NCBI GenBank assembly: GCA_951406725.2
Contig: OX597814.1
Span: forward strand, 28,892,001 to 28,956,000
Reading direction: 5' to 3'
Origin: Octopus vulgaris
Lineage: Eukaryota
Length of the DNA stretch: 64,000 bases
Shown here: piece after piece, positions 40,405 through 55,377 of the stretch
How positions within the stretch are numbered: the first letter of the stretch is position 1
How the letters are laid out: each line of letters starts with the position of its first letter
Notes under the pieces: generated by a model
What the model was told of the DNA's origin: nothing
Seen by the model: only the letters and a program-made list of their open reading frames with translations
The model's database searches: none
Translations under genes and position numbers: made by a program

Positions 40405-41076
40405 AAGATGCTGCTGCTGTTGCTACTGATGACGATGATGATGATGATGATGGGGTCTTTGTTGTTGTGGTGGTTGTGGCGGTGTTGGTGTCGGTGGTGG
40501 TGGTGGTGGTGGTAGTGGTGGTGGTGCCGCTAGTAGTGATAATTGTGCTGGTATTGGTTATGGTAGTGGTAATGCTGATGCTGTTAGTGGTGATAATGAT
40601 GATCGTGATTATGATCGATCATGATGAGGATAATGGTGGTGGTGATGGTGGTGGTGGCGGTTGATGTGGTGGTTGAGGTGGTGGTTGAGGTGGTGGTCGT
40701 GGTGGTGATGGTGGTGGTGGTGGTAGTGGTGGTGGTGCTGCTTATGATGATGATGACGACGATGACGACGAAGACGTCAACGATGGTAGTGGTGGTGGTG
40801 GTGATGGCGGTGGTGGTGAAGATGATGACGACGACGATGAAAGGGTTTGTGATGGTGATGATAATGACGATGATGATGACGACGACGACGACGACGGCGG
40901 TGGTGGTGATGATGATGATGATGGTGATGGTGATGGTGATGATGATGATGATGATGACGCTGACGATGGCGACGACGATGGCGACGACGCTGACGATGGC
41001 GGCAACGACTACGGTAGTGGTGGTAGTGTTGATGATGAGGAGGATTAAGAAATTAATGATGATGATAATGATGATA

Positions 41077-41129
<53 letters not shown>

Positions 41130-41297
41130 AATGATGACGATGATGATGAGTAGAGGTAGTGAAGATGCTGGGAACATTGGTAATGTTGTTGTTGTTGATT
41201 ATGATGACAACACCCACGACAATGACGGCAACTACGACGACGTTGATAGATAATAATAATAACAACAACAACAACAACAACAACAATAATAATAATT

Positions 41298-41332
<35 letters not shown>

Positions 41333-41563
41333 GAAAGCGTCATATGAGAAGAAATGAAGTTATGGCAGACGTGGGTGGAAACGTCTAAATGAGGAAGCAT
41401 TTTTTACTGCCTCCCACCCAACTCTGTCCCACCCAACACTGCTAGCCCCCCACTCTCATCACTAACACTTCCAAACACAGTCTCATCTACCACCGCCACA
41501 CAACCACGAACACAACTGCTATCACCATCACCTCTACCACTGTTCTAGAACACTACCACCATC

Positions 41564-41618
<55 letters not shown>

Positions 41619-42470
41619 CATCATTATTATTATTATTATTACCACCTAATTTTACGATTAGCTACCACCCCAACTACTACTACTGCTACTACTACTACTA
41701 CTATTATTACTACTACTACCACTACTACTACTACTACTACTACAACTACCACCACCAGCACCAGCACCACCACCACTACTACTGCTACTACTACTACTAA
41801 TAATACTACTACTACTACTACTACTTTAACCAACACTGTCATCACATCAACACCACAACTACCACTACAAACATCATCACCATTACCACTGTCAATACTA
41901 CTACTATCGCTATGATCGTCGCCGAAACCACCACCACCGCCGCCGCCGCCGCCACCGCCACCACCGCTACAACTACCAAAACCATTACCGGCACGACCCC
42001 TTTATTTAGTACAATCTCCAGCATTACCAACAAAGCGACAATCGACTCTACCATTATTTGTAGCTCCCTTATGAATACAACCTTGTCCACCACCACCACC
42101 ACCGCCGCCGCTACTACTACTACTACTACTACTACTACTAACAATATGACAAACACTACCACCTTCACTATCACCAACACCACCATCCTCATTTCCACCA
42201 CACAACCATCGCCACCACAACCACCACCACCAACATCATCATCATTAATACAATCTCTACCACTCCTACTTCCATTACCACACCATCACCATCACCATCA
42301 CCACTAGCCTCACTACCACCACTACTCTCACTACCACCACTACCAACACAATCAACCTCATTTCCATCACTTTCACTACCATTTCACTACTGCCATTCTC
42401 ATTACCACTACTACCAACACCACATCAACCGGTACCACAATCATCCTCATCAGCATCTTCTCCACTACCA
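40405..42470. repeat. Degenerate trinucleotide low-complexity block (GTG/GAT/GAC, then ACC/ACT)
   Basis: Direct reading; produces poly-V/M/T ORFs. Confidence 0.9.
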
Positions 42471-42590
42471 CCTCAACACTGAGGCTGAACGAAGAATATG
42501 AAGAGAATGACGGTTCGGGGACGTTTCCATTGAATTATTGCATTTGCATAATGATCCCCTTCCCCAACTTCCCCTCTCTCTCTCCACTCC

Positions 42591-42681
<91 letters not shown>

Positions 42682-43898
42682 TCTCCCTTCAACTTAGATG
42701 TTTTACTGTTATTGTTGTTTAATCTCAAGTAAGCTGTCAATGAGTATCGCTACGTTCAAAGACACTCCGACCTTGGTCATTCCATCTTGTTAACCGCTAT
42801 CAAAAGCTACACCACTCTGAGAGAGATTTGGCTACTATTTTTAGTAGAAGTCTTCTCATTTTTACAAAATTATGTTCTGTACAATTATATTCTGTACTCT
42901 TGACATTGTATTCTATACAATGTAGATGTGAAAATGTCAGCCTGTGGATCACTTAGAGATCTTAGAAATATTTCGGCTAAAATTCAATTTTATGCCTTCT
43001 TGCATCGCATTCATATTGTGTCCATTTTAGGATTGGTGGTTGTAGTAGTTATACTGTTGATTCTAGTAATAAAATTGCTTGAAACGGGGCTAGAATGTGC
43101 ATATTGCTATACAATGGTGGAACGCTTTCATGTGTCTGACTACGCAAAATAGCCTTGAAAGTTAACGAAATAATTGCTAATTATCCTGAACTCATACCGC
43201 TAATTAATAGCATTGATTAGTCATCTACTCTTTGTCAATTCATCACCTTCGCTATGGAATCAGTCAATTTCAAGCAAAACAATATACACACAGCTTGCAA
43301 CCATAGGTCGGGACATTAGTTCACTATAAAAAGTCATCAAATCAGTGTAATGAAGTCGTTCACCAACACTTCCAACCTTTGACCGATAAGGATGATGCTT
43401 TCTCATCGCTTCTTGGGTGGCCTCTTCTCCCGGGGAGTAGCTAGTCTCGTCATAATTCGAGCAGACGCAGTTCACGAGTCTCTTTTTCGTCACCAATATT
43501 GCGTCCTTCCCAAAGCCAGCAACATTTTTTTTCAGTCCTTCTTCCTTTAGAACGTCGATTTTCTAGAATTCCCGCTTTGCCCAACATGCAGTCGTCAACA
43601 TGAAATTGTTCCAGAGAAGCATTAATGGCATTAGTCTCACAAGTTCTGGAGGACCTATGAAGGCTGTGGACACACTCGTCTCACAAGAGCAACAAACACA
43701 ACAACAACAACGACGACGACGACGATAATAACAATAACAGCAACAACAACAACAACAATAATAATAATTTTTTAAATACATTATTTTACCTGTGAATTTC
43801 CGTGTGTAATCTGGGAATGCATGCAATGAGCTTCTCTGCCCTAGGTGTACGAAAAACACCTGGCGAGAAACGGAAGAAAATTTGAAGAAAGAAGGAAA

Positions 43899-43945
<47 letters not shown>

Positions 43946-43946
<1 letters not shown>

Positions 43947-44412
43947 TATCATGTACATTGTTTTGTCTTGGTATAAAAGATGGGCTACAGCAAATATTCT
44001 GCTCAATACCACAGATTTGCTTGTCAGTTGTTTGACCGTAACCAGTTGAGCATGTCCCTTAGTGGCTGACGATATGTGCATCTCTGATCACGAGCAGAAG
44101 TAGTGGGGAGCATCATAGCCATGTGTTGAGAAGGATTCTTTGGGGTTTGAATAATTCACCTCTGGAAACATGGGTGTTTCGTTCAATGTCCTTAAACAAC
44201 CCTTATTCAGGGACCTTTTGAGCGGGATGGGCTACTCGATCTGAAGAAAATTCTAACTGGGCCCCACCTGCAAGGTCATGTGCTGTTTATCTTGATATGA
44301 GATCACCATGTCGCGCACGTATGGTTGTGATGCATGTGCCTGGTGTGCCCTTATCAGACGGGTAGTCATGATGGGTATACTGGGCTTCGTATATTTTACC
44401 CCAGTGTCACTC
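43946..44412 (+). mobile_element. Non-coding (AAT)n-embedded interspersed repeat, left-truncated copy
   Basis: Near-identical to 50911-51466; (AAT)n on both sides. Confidence 0.88.
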
Positions 44413-44461
<49 letters not shown>

Positions 44462-44914
44462 GATAATAATAATGATAATATTTCATGTTCATACAGCATA
44501 TCTTAGAGGATTTTATCCTTTTAGAGATAGCACAACCAAATTGCATTTCTGATCTTTCTCCCTTCGCGTTGCGCTTACATGAACATGAGCGGGGAGGTTA
44601 ATTGGGTTTCCAAGACGTTTAGACGAATAAAATTATAAGAACGGGGGCACATTTCCGTAAACATTAAGTGTACAGATTGACCCCCCACCACCCAACAGTG
44701 GACTGGTGTCTAGCACACGCATTGGTGAGCGAATTCTTTCAATGAATCGAGTAGTTTTTAAAGATGAATCAATGAGCATACCATCATTTCACGGTGCTCA
44801 TAACATTCAATATAATCAATTTACACACACACACACGCACACACGCACACACGCACGCACACACACACACACACACACATATGTATATATGTGTGTATAT
44901 ATATATATAGACAC

Positions 44915-44959
<45 letters not shown>

Positions 44960-44966
<7 letters not shown>

Positions 44967-45073
44967 ATCACGTGACCGACAAGACCATCAGATGTTGTTA
45001 CACATCGCTGGTCACAATGCGTTCGCATTGTTTTAGCCTTCGAATGACGCCACCCCGATGGCTAAGCGAGCAG

Positions 45074-45077
<4 letters not shown>
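44960..45077 (-). mobile_element. 5'-truncated OR-like SINE (tail type 2) inside (TA)n
   Basis: TCACGTGATCACGTGACCGAC…GAGCAGGCC with (TA)n on both sides. Confidence 0.88.
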
Positions 45078-45113
<36 letters not shown>

Positions 45114-45173
45114 GTACTGTTCCGTGATGGTAAGATCAACAAAAAAGTACTCCGTCTGGTGAGAGATAAATAG

Positions 45174-45486
45174 TATTTAATAAACAGAATATATATTGTT
45201 GTGGGCTACTATAAGTTTCATGCCATGAAAACATGTCAGACAGCTTTTTTTAAGACGCCTGGTGTCTTCGCGCAATCCTTAGGCTGTGCCCATATGGCAT
45301 AACATGCTAAAAACAGCACGATAGTATAAGAGAGAAAAAAAAACAAGAAAAGGTGAGGAGGAAGTAGATATAAAAAGTGGAATGTTTGCGCGAAGATACC
45401 GGACGTGTTAAAAAATGCTGTCTTGGCTATTTTCATCGCATGAAACTAGTATCCGTTCAAAGAATATATATTGTGTTTACTAAATA
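45174..45486. mobile_element. MITE-like element with ~100-bp imperfect inverted repeats
   Basis: TATTTAATAAACAGAATATATATT…AGTTTCATGCCATGAAAA…GGTGTCTTCGCGCAA versus TTGCGCGAAGATACC…TTTTCATCGCATGAAACT…AATATATATTGTGTTTACTAAATA. Confidence 0.75.
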
Positions 45487-47094
45487 ATTTATGTGTGAAG
45501 AGAGAGAAAAAAGAGAGAGGGAGAGAGCTTAGTTTGATGTACAATGTTCTCATTCTATTATACAAACGAGAACATGTCTGGGCAAATATTGATTACTGAT
45601 ATAGGGGTTCAAAGACTAGGTATGCGGTTTTCGGGTTTGAGGAGAGTCGATCAACTCAGCCTGCGCCGAACACAATGCTTTGAAAGCTAATAATAGTTGG
45701 ACACAGGAATACTGTGGTCGCTGGGAAATTTACATCTTCATCCATCCTTGAAGCGCAAAAGACCTGTACGAGATTCTCAGCTGTAGTCTCTAGATTGAAA
45801 AAGTTTAGAAAACATCAATCTATGTCGTTCGATTTAACCGATCCCAGTACTTGACTCTCAGCACTTTATTTTATCGAACCTGGAGGATTAAATGTAAAGC
45901 TGACCTCTACAGGATTTGAATCCGTAACGTAAAGACCCAGTACTAAGTGACTGCAAAAGGCGTTGTGTTAAATCATCATATAACCAATGTTTGTGTGACG
46001 TTTTTCCGTATACGTAGCTTCTCTATTTGATGAAACAACAAATCGGTTGAAGTTGCTCTTCCTTGATTCTAACCTTTTACAGATGAATGACCTCGGGTGC
46101 TCGAGACAAATACATGTGGATGACTTTTAAAAGTATCAACTTTAAATATATGCTTTTGTTTATGCTTTGTTATTTGTTTACCTAACGTAGTCATTATGTT
46201 CGTGGCTTATAATTAAAAAGCATTCCCGTTTATACAATAGAACACAATTATGCAATTGAATCTAATGTAAACATTTAAAAGGGCTTGTGTGGCGTTGTTT
46301 TTATAGCTGTTAGTGCTAGTGTCATTATCATTATTGCTATCATTATTATCATCATTATTAGTATTGTTGTTGTTGCTTCTGTTGTTGTTTTATATGGTTT
46401 TTGTTATTTTAATTCAACGGCTTGCTTGTATTGATTCCGCGGGAAAGAGACTTTTCACTTTCATTCGTACAATTTCATTATCATCGTAAGCAAAGTTCAG
46501 AGAGCATCAAGTGAATTGTATTAAATCTACTTATGAAGGGTTATTGATACACTTAACTGGCCGCCTCTTATCGAATTGATGAAACAAGAGTAGGAAGATA
46601 AAGAAAGAGCGAAGAGAGATAGATAGAAAGAAGTAAAGACAGAGAGAAAGGAAACAGAGAGAGAGAGAGAGAAAGTGGCGAGGGGGGGGGGACAGAATAA
46701 ATAAGTGATTGATAATGGGGCTTGAAACATCATCTAAGTGGTTATTAATAAGCAGCTTTACCAGCGAGTTAATTCGGCGTGTCAAAAGTGCCAGAGCCTT
46801 TTATTTAATAAACACACCTTTAACTTCTAAACACGAAACCTCCTCAAATTTCTTTCCAAACAAGACTTGACTATCGAGAAAAAAACCCACTCCCCCAAAA
46901 AAACAAAATAACCCCAAAAAGCAACATCATCATCATCATCATCATCATTATTATTATTATTATTGTTGTTGTTGTTGTTGTTGTTATCATGTTATTTATT
47001 TCTCCTTTAAGAAACCAAAATAACGGGTTTTTTTTTGTTTCAAATATATAATATTACTATTAAAAAATAATTTCTAGTTTCTCTCACTTTCTCT

Positions 47095-47127
<33 letters not shown>

Positions 47128-47343
47128 TTCATAATACGAGCAATAATTTACTGAATTAATTACAATAATTATTTCCTCAAAGCCATCCTTTTATTGTGAC
47201 ATTTTTGGTGGAAACTAAAATTTGTATAACAATTACTTAACAAAAATCAAGATATGTGGATCACATAAACGAACGTAACAACAATCTACTATTATTTTTG
47301 TAAGGTCAATTACATTACATCAACCAAATCACCCAAGTGGTTC

Positions 47344-47390
<47 letters not shown>

Positions 47391-47692
47391 GTAGTAGTAG
47401 TAGTAGTAGTATTATTATTAGTATTATCATATCGCTTACACCCAATCTAGCATGTGTAATTAATATCTTCCGGTTGTTGAAATCTAACTGTGCCATCAGC
47501 CAGTCGGCCATTTAATAAATGGACATAGAAGAACTTTTAAAACTTCAGACTTGACGAATAAAAATAATTCTATCAGTCATGTGTAGGCGATGATATGTGA
47601 CTATGTATATGCGTTTGTATGCGCGCCTGCCTGTCTCCATATGTTTGCATGTGCGTATGTGCGCGCGCGCGTGTATTTGTGTATAATACGTT

Positions 47693-47740
<48 letters not shown>

Positions 47741-48024
47741 TATATATATATATGTATGTATGATGTATGTATATATATGAGTGTGTATGTATGTATATAT
47801 ATTGATACATCTATATACGTATATACGGCTATACATATTATATATATGTATACGTACATACATATATATATATATATGTTTATACACGCATACATATAAA
47901 TACATATATATATATATATATATATACATATGTATATATATAAATATATGTTTATACACACATACATATAAATACATATATATATATAAATATGTATCGA
48001 GTGCTCTTCTTTCGTTTGTCCATT

Positions 48025-48081
<57 letters not shown>

Positions 48082-48127
48082 ATACATACACACACACGCA
48101 TATACATACATACATACATACATGCAT

Positions 48128-48222
<95 letters not shown>

Positions 48223-48904
48223 AATTGCAGGGCTTGGTTTATAGTTGTGTATATTATCTATGTCCCTCGTGTATGTTTAATGTGAACTTTGAAATGTATA
48301 TAAGTTATATATATACGAGCCTGTATATGTTAATCTACGCGTTTATATGACTTGTATAAATTTTGTATATGCGCGTGATAGTGTGTGAGAATCAATTCGC
48401 CTATATATATCTATTTGTCCTCACGTGCGTATATATATAATTATAAACAAACATATGAGTGCATCTATGTACACCGGCGTTTTCTATCATAAATAAATAA
48501 ATAAATAAATAAATAAGTAAATAAATAAGTAAATAAAGCTCTGCTTAAATGATTCTACGAAATATGGCTTCTCCATTTCTCTTCGTCACTAAATCGTTTG
48601 TCACTCTGCCTGCTTGGATCAAATAAATAAAACTCCTCGTAAAGGAATCAATACGTGAAAGCAATGTTGAACAGAACTGTCCTCTTTTTCATCGTTACCT
48701 TCTTTCTTTTTCTTTCTTCTTCTTCTATATATCCTCTTTTCTGCCCCTTCCTCATCCTTCTTCCTTTTCTTCTTCTTTCTCCATTTATTTACCCCCCCCC
48801 CGCTTTTCTTCTTTTCCCCTCAGTCGTCCTACTCCCAATCCTCTTCTTATGCTTCTGCTTCTTCTGTCTTTCCATACTCTTCATTCTCAATCTTTTCTGC
48901 ACTT

Positions 48905-49023
48905 CTCCTCCTCCTCCTCCTTCTTCTTCTTCTTCTTCTTCTTCTTCTTCTTCTTCTTCTTCTTCTTCTTCTTCTTCTTCTTCTTCTTCTTCTTCTTCTT
49001 CTTCTTCTTCTTCTTCTTCTTCT
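48905..49023. repeat. (CCT)n(TCT)n microsatellite
   Basis: Direct reading; source of poly-S/E/R ORFs. Confidence 0.95.
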
Positions 49024-49443
49024 AAGGGTACACCAAGCACACGCATCACAACCAAATGTGCGCGACATGGTGATCTCGTATCAATATAAACAGCACATGA
49101 CCTTGCAGGTGGGGCCCAGTTAGAATTTTCTTCTGGTCGAGTAGCCCATCCTGCTCAAAAGGGCTCTGAATAAGGGTTGTTTAAGGATGTTGAATGGACC
49201 ACCCATGTTTCCAAAGGTGAATTATCCAAACCTGTAAGAATTCCTTTCAACACACGGTTATGATTTTCCTTCACGACTTCTGCTCGTGATCAGAGATGCG
49301 CATATCGTCAGCCACTAAGGGACATGCTCAACTGGTTAACGTCAAACAACTGACAAGCAAATTTGTGGTATTGAGCAGAATATTTGCTGTAGCCCATCTT
49401 TTATGCCAAGACATGAGAGCCACTGTCTGGTACTGCATCAGGG

Positions 49444-49447
<4 letters not shown>
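49024..49447 (-). mobile_element. (AAT)n-associated interspersed repeat, diverged and partial copy
   Basis: Reverse complement of 50911-51466 with an internal deletion; abuts (TTA)n. Confidence 0.85.
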
Positions 49448-49504
<57 letters not shown>

Positions 49505-49505
<1 letters not shown>

Positions 49506-50505
49506 GGTGACGAGGTGGTAGAATGGTTAGCACGCTAGACGAAATTCTTAGCAGTATTTCGCCCGTCACTATGTTTTGAATTTCAATTTCAAGGAGGTTG
49601 ACTTTGCCTTCTTCCTTTCGGGGTCAATAAATTAAGTACTGGGATTGAGGTAAACGAATATCCCCTTCCCCCAAATAAGTATCAGTTGTGTACTGCAGAG
49701 GTGGTGGGTAATGTAATTGGCTATCCCCTCCCCCAAATTTTAGGCCTTACGCCTATAGTAGAAAGGATTATAATTATTATAAAGGCGGCGTGCTGGTAGA
49801 AATGTTAGCACGCCGAGAAAAACGCTTGGCGGTATTGGCGAGCTGGCAGAAACGTTAGCACACTGGGCGAAATGCGTAGCCGTATTTCGTCCGTCGTTAC
49901 GTTGTGAGTTCAAATTCCGCCGAGGTCGACTTTGCCTTTCATCCTTTCGGGGTCGATAAATTAAGTACCAGTTTCGCACTGGGGTCGATGTAATCGACTT
50001 AATACCTATGTCTGTCCTTGTTTGTACCATCTATGTTTAGCCCCTTGTGGGTAATAAAGAAATAGGTATTTCGCTCGTCTTTACGTTCTGAGTTCAAATT
50101 CCGCCGAGGTCGATTTTGCATTTCAACTTTTCGGGTTCGATTAATTACGGATCAGTGAAATACTGGAGTCGATGTAATCGACTAGTCTCCACCACCTCAA
50201 ATTTCAGGCCTTGTGCCTTAAGTGGAATGGGTTATTATTATTAATATTATTATTGTTGTTGTTGTTGTTGTTGTTATCATTAAGGCGGCGAACCGACAGA
50301 ATCGTTACTACGCCGGGCGAAATGCGCCGGGCAAAATGCGCCAGGCGAAATGCGCCGGGTAATTGCTTAGCGACATTTCGTCCGTCATTACGTTCTGAGT
50401 TCAAATACTGGTGAAGTCGACTTTCATTCCTTCGGATTCAGTAAAAAAAGTACGGGTTGGACAAACCCCTACTCCGAAATTGTTGGCTTTGTGTCAAAAT
50501 TGAAA
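49505..50505 (+). mobile_element. Cluster of four to five tandem/nested Nin-like SINEs separated by (TTA)/(TTG) tracts
   Basis: Heads at ~49505, ~49783, ~49836 and ~50282; internal junction AATAAAGAAATAGGTATTTCG at ~50053-50073. Confidence 0.85.
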
Positions 50506-50568
50506 ATATTACTATCATTGTCCTTGTAATATTACCCAGTATCTGATGCCCTTGTGGCAAATTAAAGA

Positions 50569-50910
<342 letters not shown>

Positions 50911-51466
50911 AAATGCCCTGATGCAGTACCAGGCAGTGGCTCTCATGGCTTCGGATCTTAACTGATTGGAAGTGTTATCATGTACATTGTTTTGTCTTGG
51001 TATAAAAGATGGGCTACAGCAAATATTCTGCTCAATACCACAGATTTGCTTGTCAGTTGTTTGACCGTAACCAGTTGAGCATGTCCCTTAGTGGCTGATG
51101 ATATGTGCATTTCTGATCACGAGCAGAAGTAGTGGGGGAGCATCATAGCCGTGTGCTGAGAGGAATTCTTTGGGGTTTGAATAATTCACCTCTGGAAACA
51201 TGGGTGGTTCTTTCAACATCCTTAAACAACCCTTATTCAGGGACCTTTTGAGCGGGATGGGCTACTCAACCTGAAGAAAATTCTAACTGGGCCCCACCTG
51301 CAAGGTCATGTGCTGTTTATCTTGATATGAGATCACAATGTCGCGCACATATGGTTGTGATGCATGTGCCTGGTGTACCCTTATCAGACGGGTAGTCATG
51401 ATGGGTATATTGGGCTTCGTATATTTTACCCCAGTGTCACTTTGATGGCATTAACTGCTCTCTCAC
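50911..51466 (+). mobile_element. (AAT)n-embedded interspersed repeat, apparently full-length (~555 bp)
   Basis: Three copies in the window, all adjoining (AAT)n in the same relative orientation. No long ORF and no clear A/B boxes seen. Confidence 0.88.
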
Positions 51467-51511
<45 letters not shown>

Positions 51512-51573
51512 CTTCTTCATCATCATCATCATCATCATCATCTTCATCATCATCATCATCATCATCATCATCG

Positions 51574-51608
<35 letters not shown>

Positions 51609-52181
51609 GTCATCATCATCATCATCATTACTCTATTCATACTCATATATCCTCCATTTACGCATTTTCTTCTTTTACTTCTCTTTCTCTAATATAAACT
51701 CATCGATATTTTACGACAAATGCATCATTGAACAATAACGATTTTCGGTAGTTTAAGATGACATATCTAACATGCATGCTTTATAGATAACTACTGTTGA
51801 ATTGGGAAGAGCACAAGACCAACGTAAAGTCAAAGGCATTTCTGTTGCAGATTAAATGGCTGCTTCCACATTAGAAATATCACTTCAATAAACGCTTGAC
51901 AACAACATATACACTTACATGCATTCATTCATTCATACGACGATTATTCCTGCAGCTCTGATCGCTTGTTCTGTCTCTCATTCTGTCTCTCACTCTTCTT
52001 TCTTTCTCTCTCTCTCTCTCTCTCTCTCTATCTCGCTCTCTCCACACATATATGTATAATACATATATCTACCTATCTTTATATATGTATTATATATATA
52101 TATATATATATATAATACATATATTTATCTTTATAAATATATATATATATATATATTTATATATAATACATATATTTATCG

Positions 52182-52223
<42 letters not shown>

Positions 52224-52319
52224 TATATATATATATATAAATACGCATACACACACTCACACACATATGTATATCAAACTACAAGGTGTATACCCGAATA
52301 TAAAATTATATATAAAGAG

Positions 52320-52350
<31 letters not shown>

Positions 52351-53089
52351 AATTACTCTTTCGTTTTTCTATCTAGATATGCGTATGCATATGTGTGTGT
52401 GTGTTTATGTGTCTATCTCCCTCTATATATATATGCGTATCTCCCTATATCACTCTTTCTAACTTTACTGTTTTTGTTTTTCTATTATTATTTAGTTATT
52501 GCTATGTGGGGTGGGGGGATATCAATGAAAAATAAATAAAAATGCGCTTGAAATCTCATAACAACTTAATGCCGACATAGTGTCAAAGTTTCAAGATAGA
52601 GTGGCAATGTCAAACAAAGTGAAATGGCGATTTAAGCTCCTGTGTAATTTATTTGTTTACGTGTTAGATGGGAGCTGCTAAAATATTGATGTGGGCATAC
52701 AATGTTTGATCGGATACAGATGTTGCAGGAGAGGATTTAAGCAGAAAGGAGGGACGGGTCAAGCAAGCGAAAGATATGAAGATATTTAATATCTTATGAA
52801 ATGCTGTTTACTCTCCTATAAATTGACCTTTATATTTGTTTTTATTTTATTTTATTTTATTTTATTTTATTTTTATTTAGTTTTTAGCTTCACCTTATGT
52901 TTCTCCGTGGAAAATTGGCAGAAACGGAATAGCACCCGGTTGCGACTTATACATACATGCATACATAAATACATACATGCATACATACATGCATACATAC
53001 ATACATACATACATACATACATACATACATACATACATACATACATACATACATACATACATGCGTGCGTGCGTGTGCGTGTGTGTTTA

Positions 53090-53430
53090 TCTTTGTGTAT
53101 GTGTTTGCCCCTGCCACCGTTTGACAACCGGTGTTGGTGTGTTTATGTCCTCGTAACTTAGCGGTTCGGCAAAACAGCCCGATAGAATAGGCACCAGGCT
53201 TGACAAAATAATGAAGTATTGGGGTCGATTCTTTCGACTAAAAATTCTTCAAGACGTTGCCCCAGCCTGACCGCAGTCTAATGATTGGAAGAGGTAAAAG
53301 ATAAAAGATAGCGTGGCTGTATGGTCAAGTAGTTTGCTTCTAAACTACGTGGTTTCGGGTTTAGTCTCCCTATTATAGCCCTAGGTTGACCAATCAATGT
53401 CTTGCAAGGGAATTTACTAGACAGAAAATA
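53090..53430 (+). mobile_element. Long-family SINE 3' half followed by a degenerate 5' fragment
   Basis: TTGACAACCGGTGTTGGTGTG…AGCGGTTCGGCAAAA…; then GTGGCTGTATGGTCAAG. Confidence 0.75.
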
Positions 53431-53459
53431 CTCCCTTACTCTCTCTCACTCTCGCTCTC

Positions 53460-53518
<59 letters not shown>

Positions 53519-53679
53519 ATCTCTCTCTTTCTCTCTCTACGAGGTTCTGAAATGCAGATGCTTTTGAAAAGGACTGTCAAAAAAAAACAACCCATTATAT
53601 TAACTCTATCAAACGACATTGCAGAAAAATGTGAGTGATCTCAAATGACGACCACTAATGATGACCTCAAATACTCATT

Positions 53680-54060
53680 ACTCTTTTACTCTTATACTTG
53701 TTTCAGTCATTTGACTGCGGCCATGCTGGAGCACCGCCTTTAGTCGAGCAAATCGACCGCGGGACTTATTCTTTGTAAGTCCAGTACTTATTTTGCTGAA
53801 CCGCTAAGTGATGGGGACGTAAGCACACCAGCATCCGTTGTCAAGCAATGCTAGGGGGACAAACACAGACACACACACATATATATATATATACATATAT
53901 ACGACAGGCTTCTTTCAGTTTCCGTCTACCAAATCCACTCACAAGGCATTGGTCGGCCCAGGGCTATAGCAGAAGACACTTGCCCAAGATGCCACGCAGT
54001 GGGACTGAACCCGGAACCATGTGGTTGGTTAGCAAGCTACTTACCACACAGCCACTCCTG
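53680..54060 (-). mobile_element. Long-family tRNA-derived SINE
   Basis: Reverse complement of 35373-35782. Confidence 0.9.
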
Positions 54061-54317
54061 AAATGAAAAATCTATAATTTAAAAGAGTCGAATTCGACAA
54101 ACCAGGGAAGAAATTGAGAAATAGCTAGAGTACTACCCAACTAGATTTTCCAGCCATATTTTGTAACATCTGCTGTTATGGTTGTACCAATGGCTTTCTA
54201 CAATCACACGAAAGACCGAAACATCGGCAATAAAGTTCATTTATTAAAATTTTAAACGTTTTTTTTTTTTCGGTTACCAGGCAGCATTGTGTTGACAGAT
54301 TTCTTTCTGCCCATTCT

Positions 54318-54650
54318 CAATAAATTCTGGTGTTCTCCAGGGTTCTGTTCTGCCTCTCATTCTCTTCATTTTATACATGCATGACGTCCTTGCCGCCACA
54401 TCCATCAACGCCCACTCAGAGACATGATACGAACCGTCATTACTACTATGCATTAGCCATACTCTAACGAGACGTCACACACCGAACCTACATTTATTTC
54501 AACAGTCACTCCAACAGTGGCTTAACTAGAGCTCCAACAGTTGCTCTTACTATAACCGAGGATCTGTCCTGGCAAAAACACATGTTGAGCATAGCTAGGA
54601 CAGCATCTTGCACACTAGCTTTTCTTTTAGGACCAGAAAATATTTCAGAC
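54318..54650 (+). mobile_element. Decayed LINE (CR1/Jockey/I-group-like) RT fragment
   Basis: INSGVLQGSVLPLILFILYMHDV (cf. GVPQGSVL.P.LF..YINDL) and ITEDLSWQKHMLSIARTA. Confidence 0.7.
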
Positions 54651-55065
54651 ACATTTTAGTTTTATCTCTCTCTTTTTTCTTTCCCTTCTTCAGCATATTT
54701 TCTTATAAACATTTCGCAAGTCTTTTGGAACTTTAAAACTCTGAAATACATCATTATTAACCTCACTGTGACTCTTGAATACCTTTACGATTAAATTTTA
54801 AATTCCTGTGATAGAGTATCAAAATATTCTGGCGATAAATATTCTGACACTTAAACCTAGAATAAAAGAAGCAGTTACACGCGTCAATAACAGTCCACAT
54901 CCTGAATACGACACCGCAAAAGTCTAGAAACGTTAATGGCGTATTAGGGACCTTTATTGTTTCAAACGAAATGTAAAGAAACTCATACGAAAACAGAAAA
55001 TATAGTCGTGTTTCAATACAATACATAACATATACAATACGCACAAATACGCACGTACGCATAAC

Positions 55066-55117
<52 letters not shown>

Positions 55118-55377
55118 TAGACAAAGAGACACAGACGAACAGGCGGATAGACAGAACAATAGATAGATAGATGTTCTATTTGCATCTGAAATCAGATTAA
55201 ATTATACAGGATTCTCTAAGCAAATTCATATTCCTGAATCTTTATACATAGACATTTTGTGTACATGTATTTTGTTCGTCCTCTTATATATAAATCATAA
55301 ACCATGATTATTCAGATAGTAGTAAATATGCCTTCCTGTTTATATTACATGCTGTGGTTAACATAATTTTTCGTTAG

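Noticed and set aside
40584-42307. Mucin-like or poly-V/M/T ORFs
   Set aside because: Open in several frames on both strands because of trinucleotide repeats; no signal peptide or exon context.
43200-43680. Complex sequence that could be an exon or LINE remnant
   Set aside because: Stops in all plausible frames and no motif I can identify with confidence.
48789-49068. Poly-E / poly-R / poly-S ORFs
   Set aside because: (TTC)n microsatellite.
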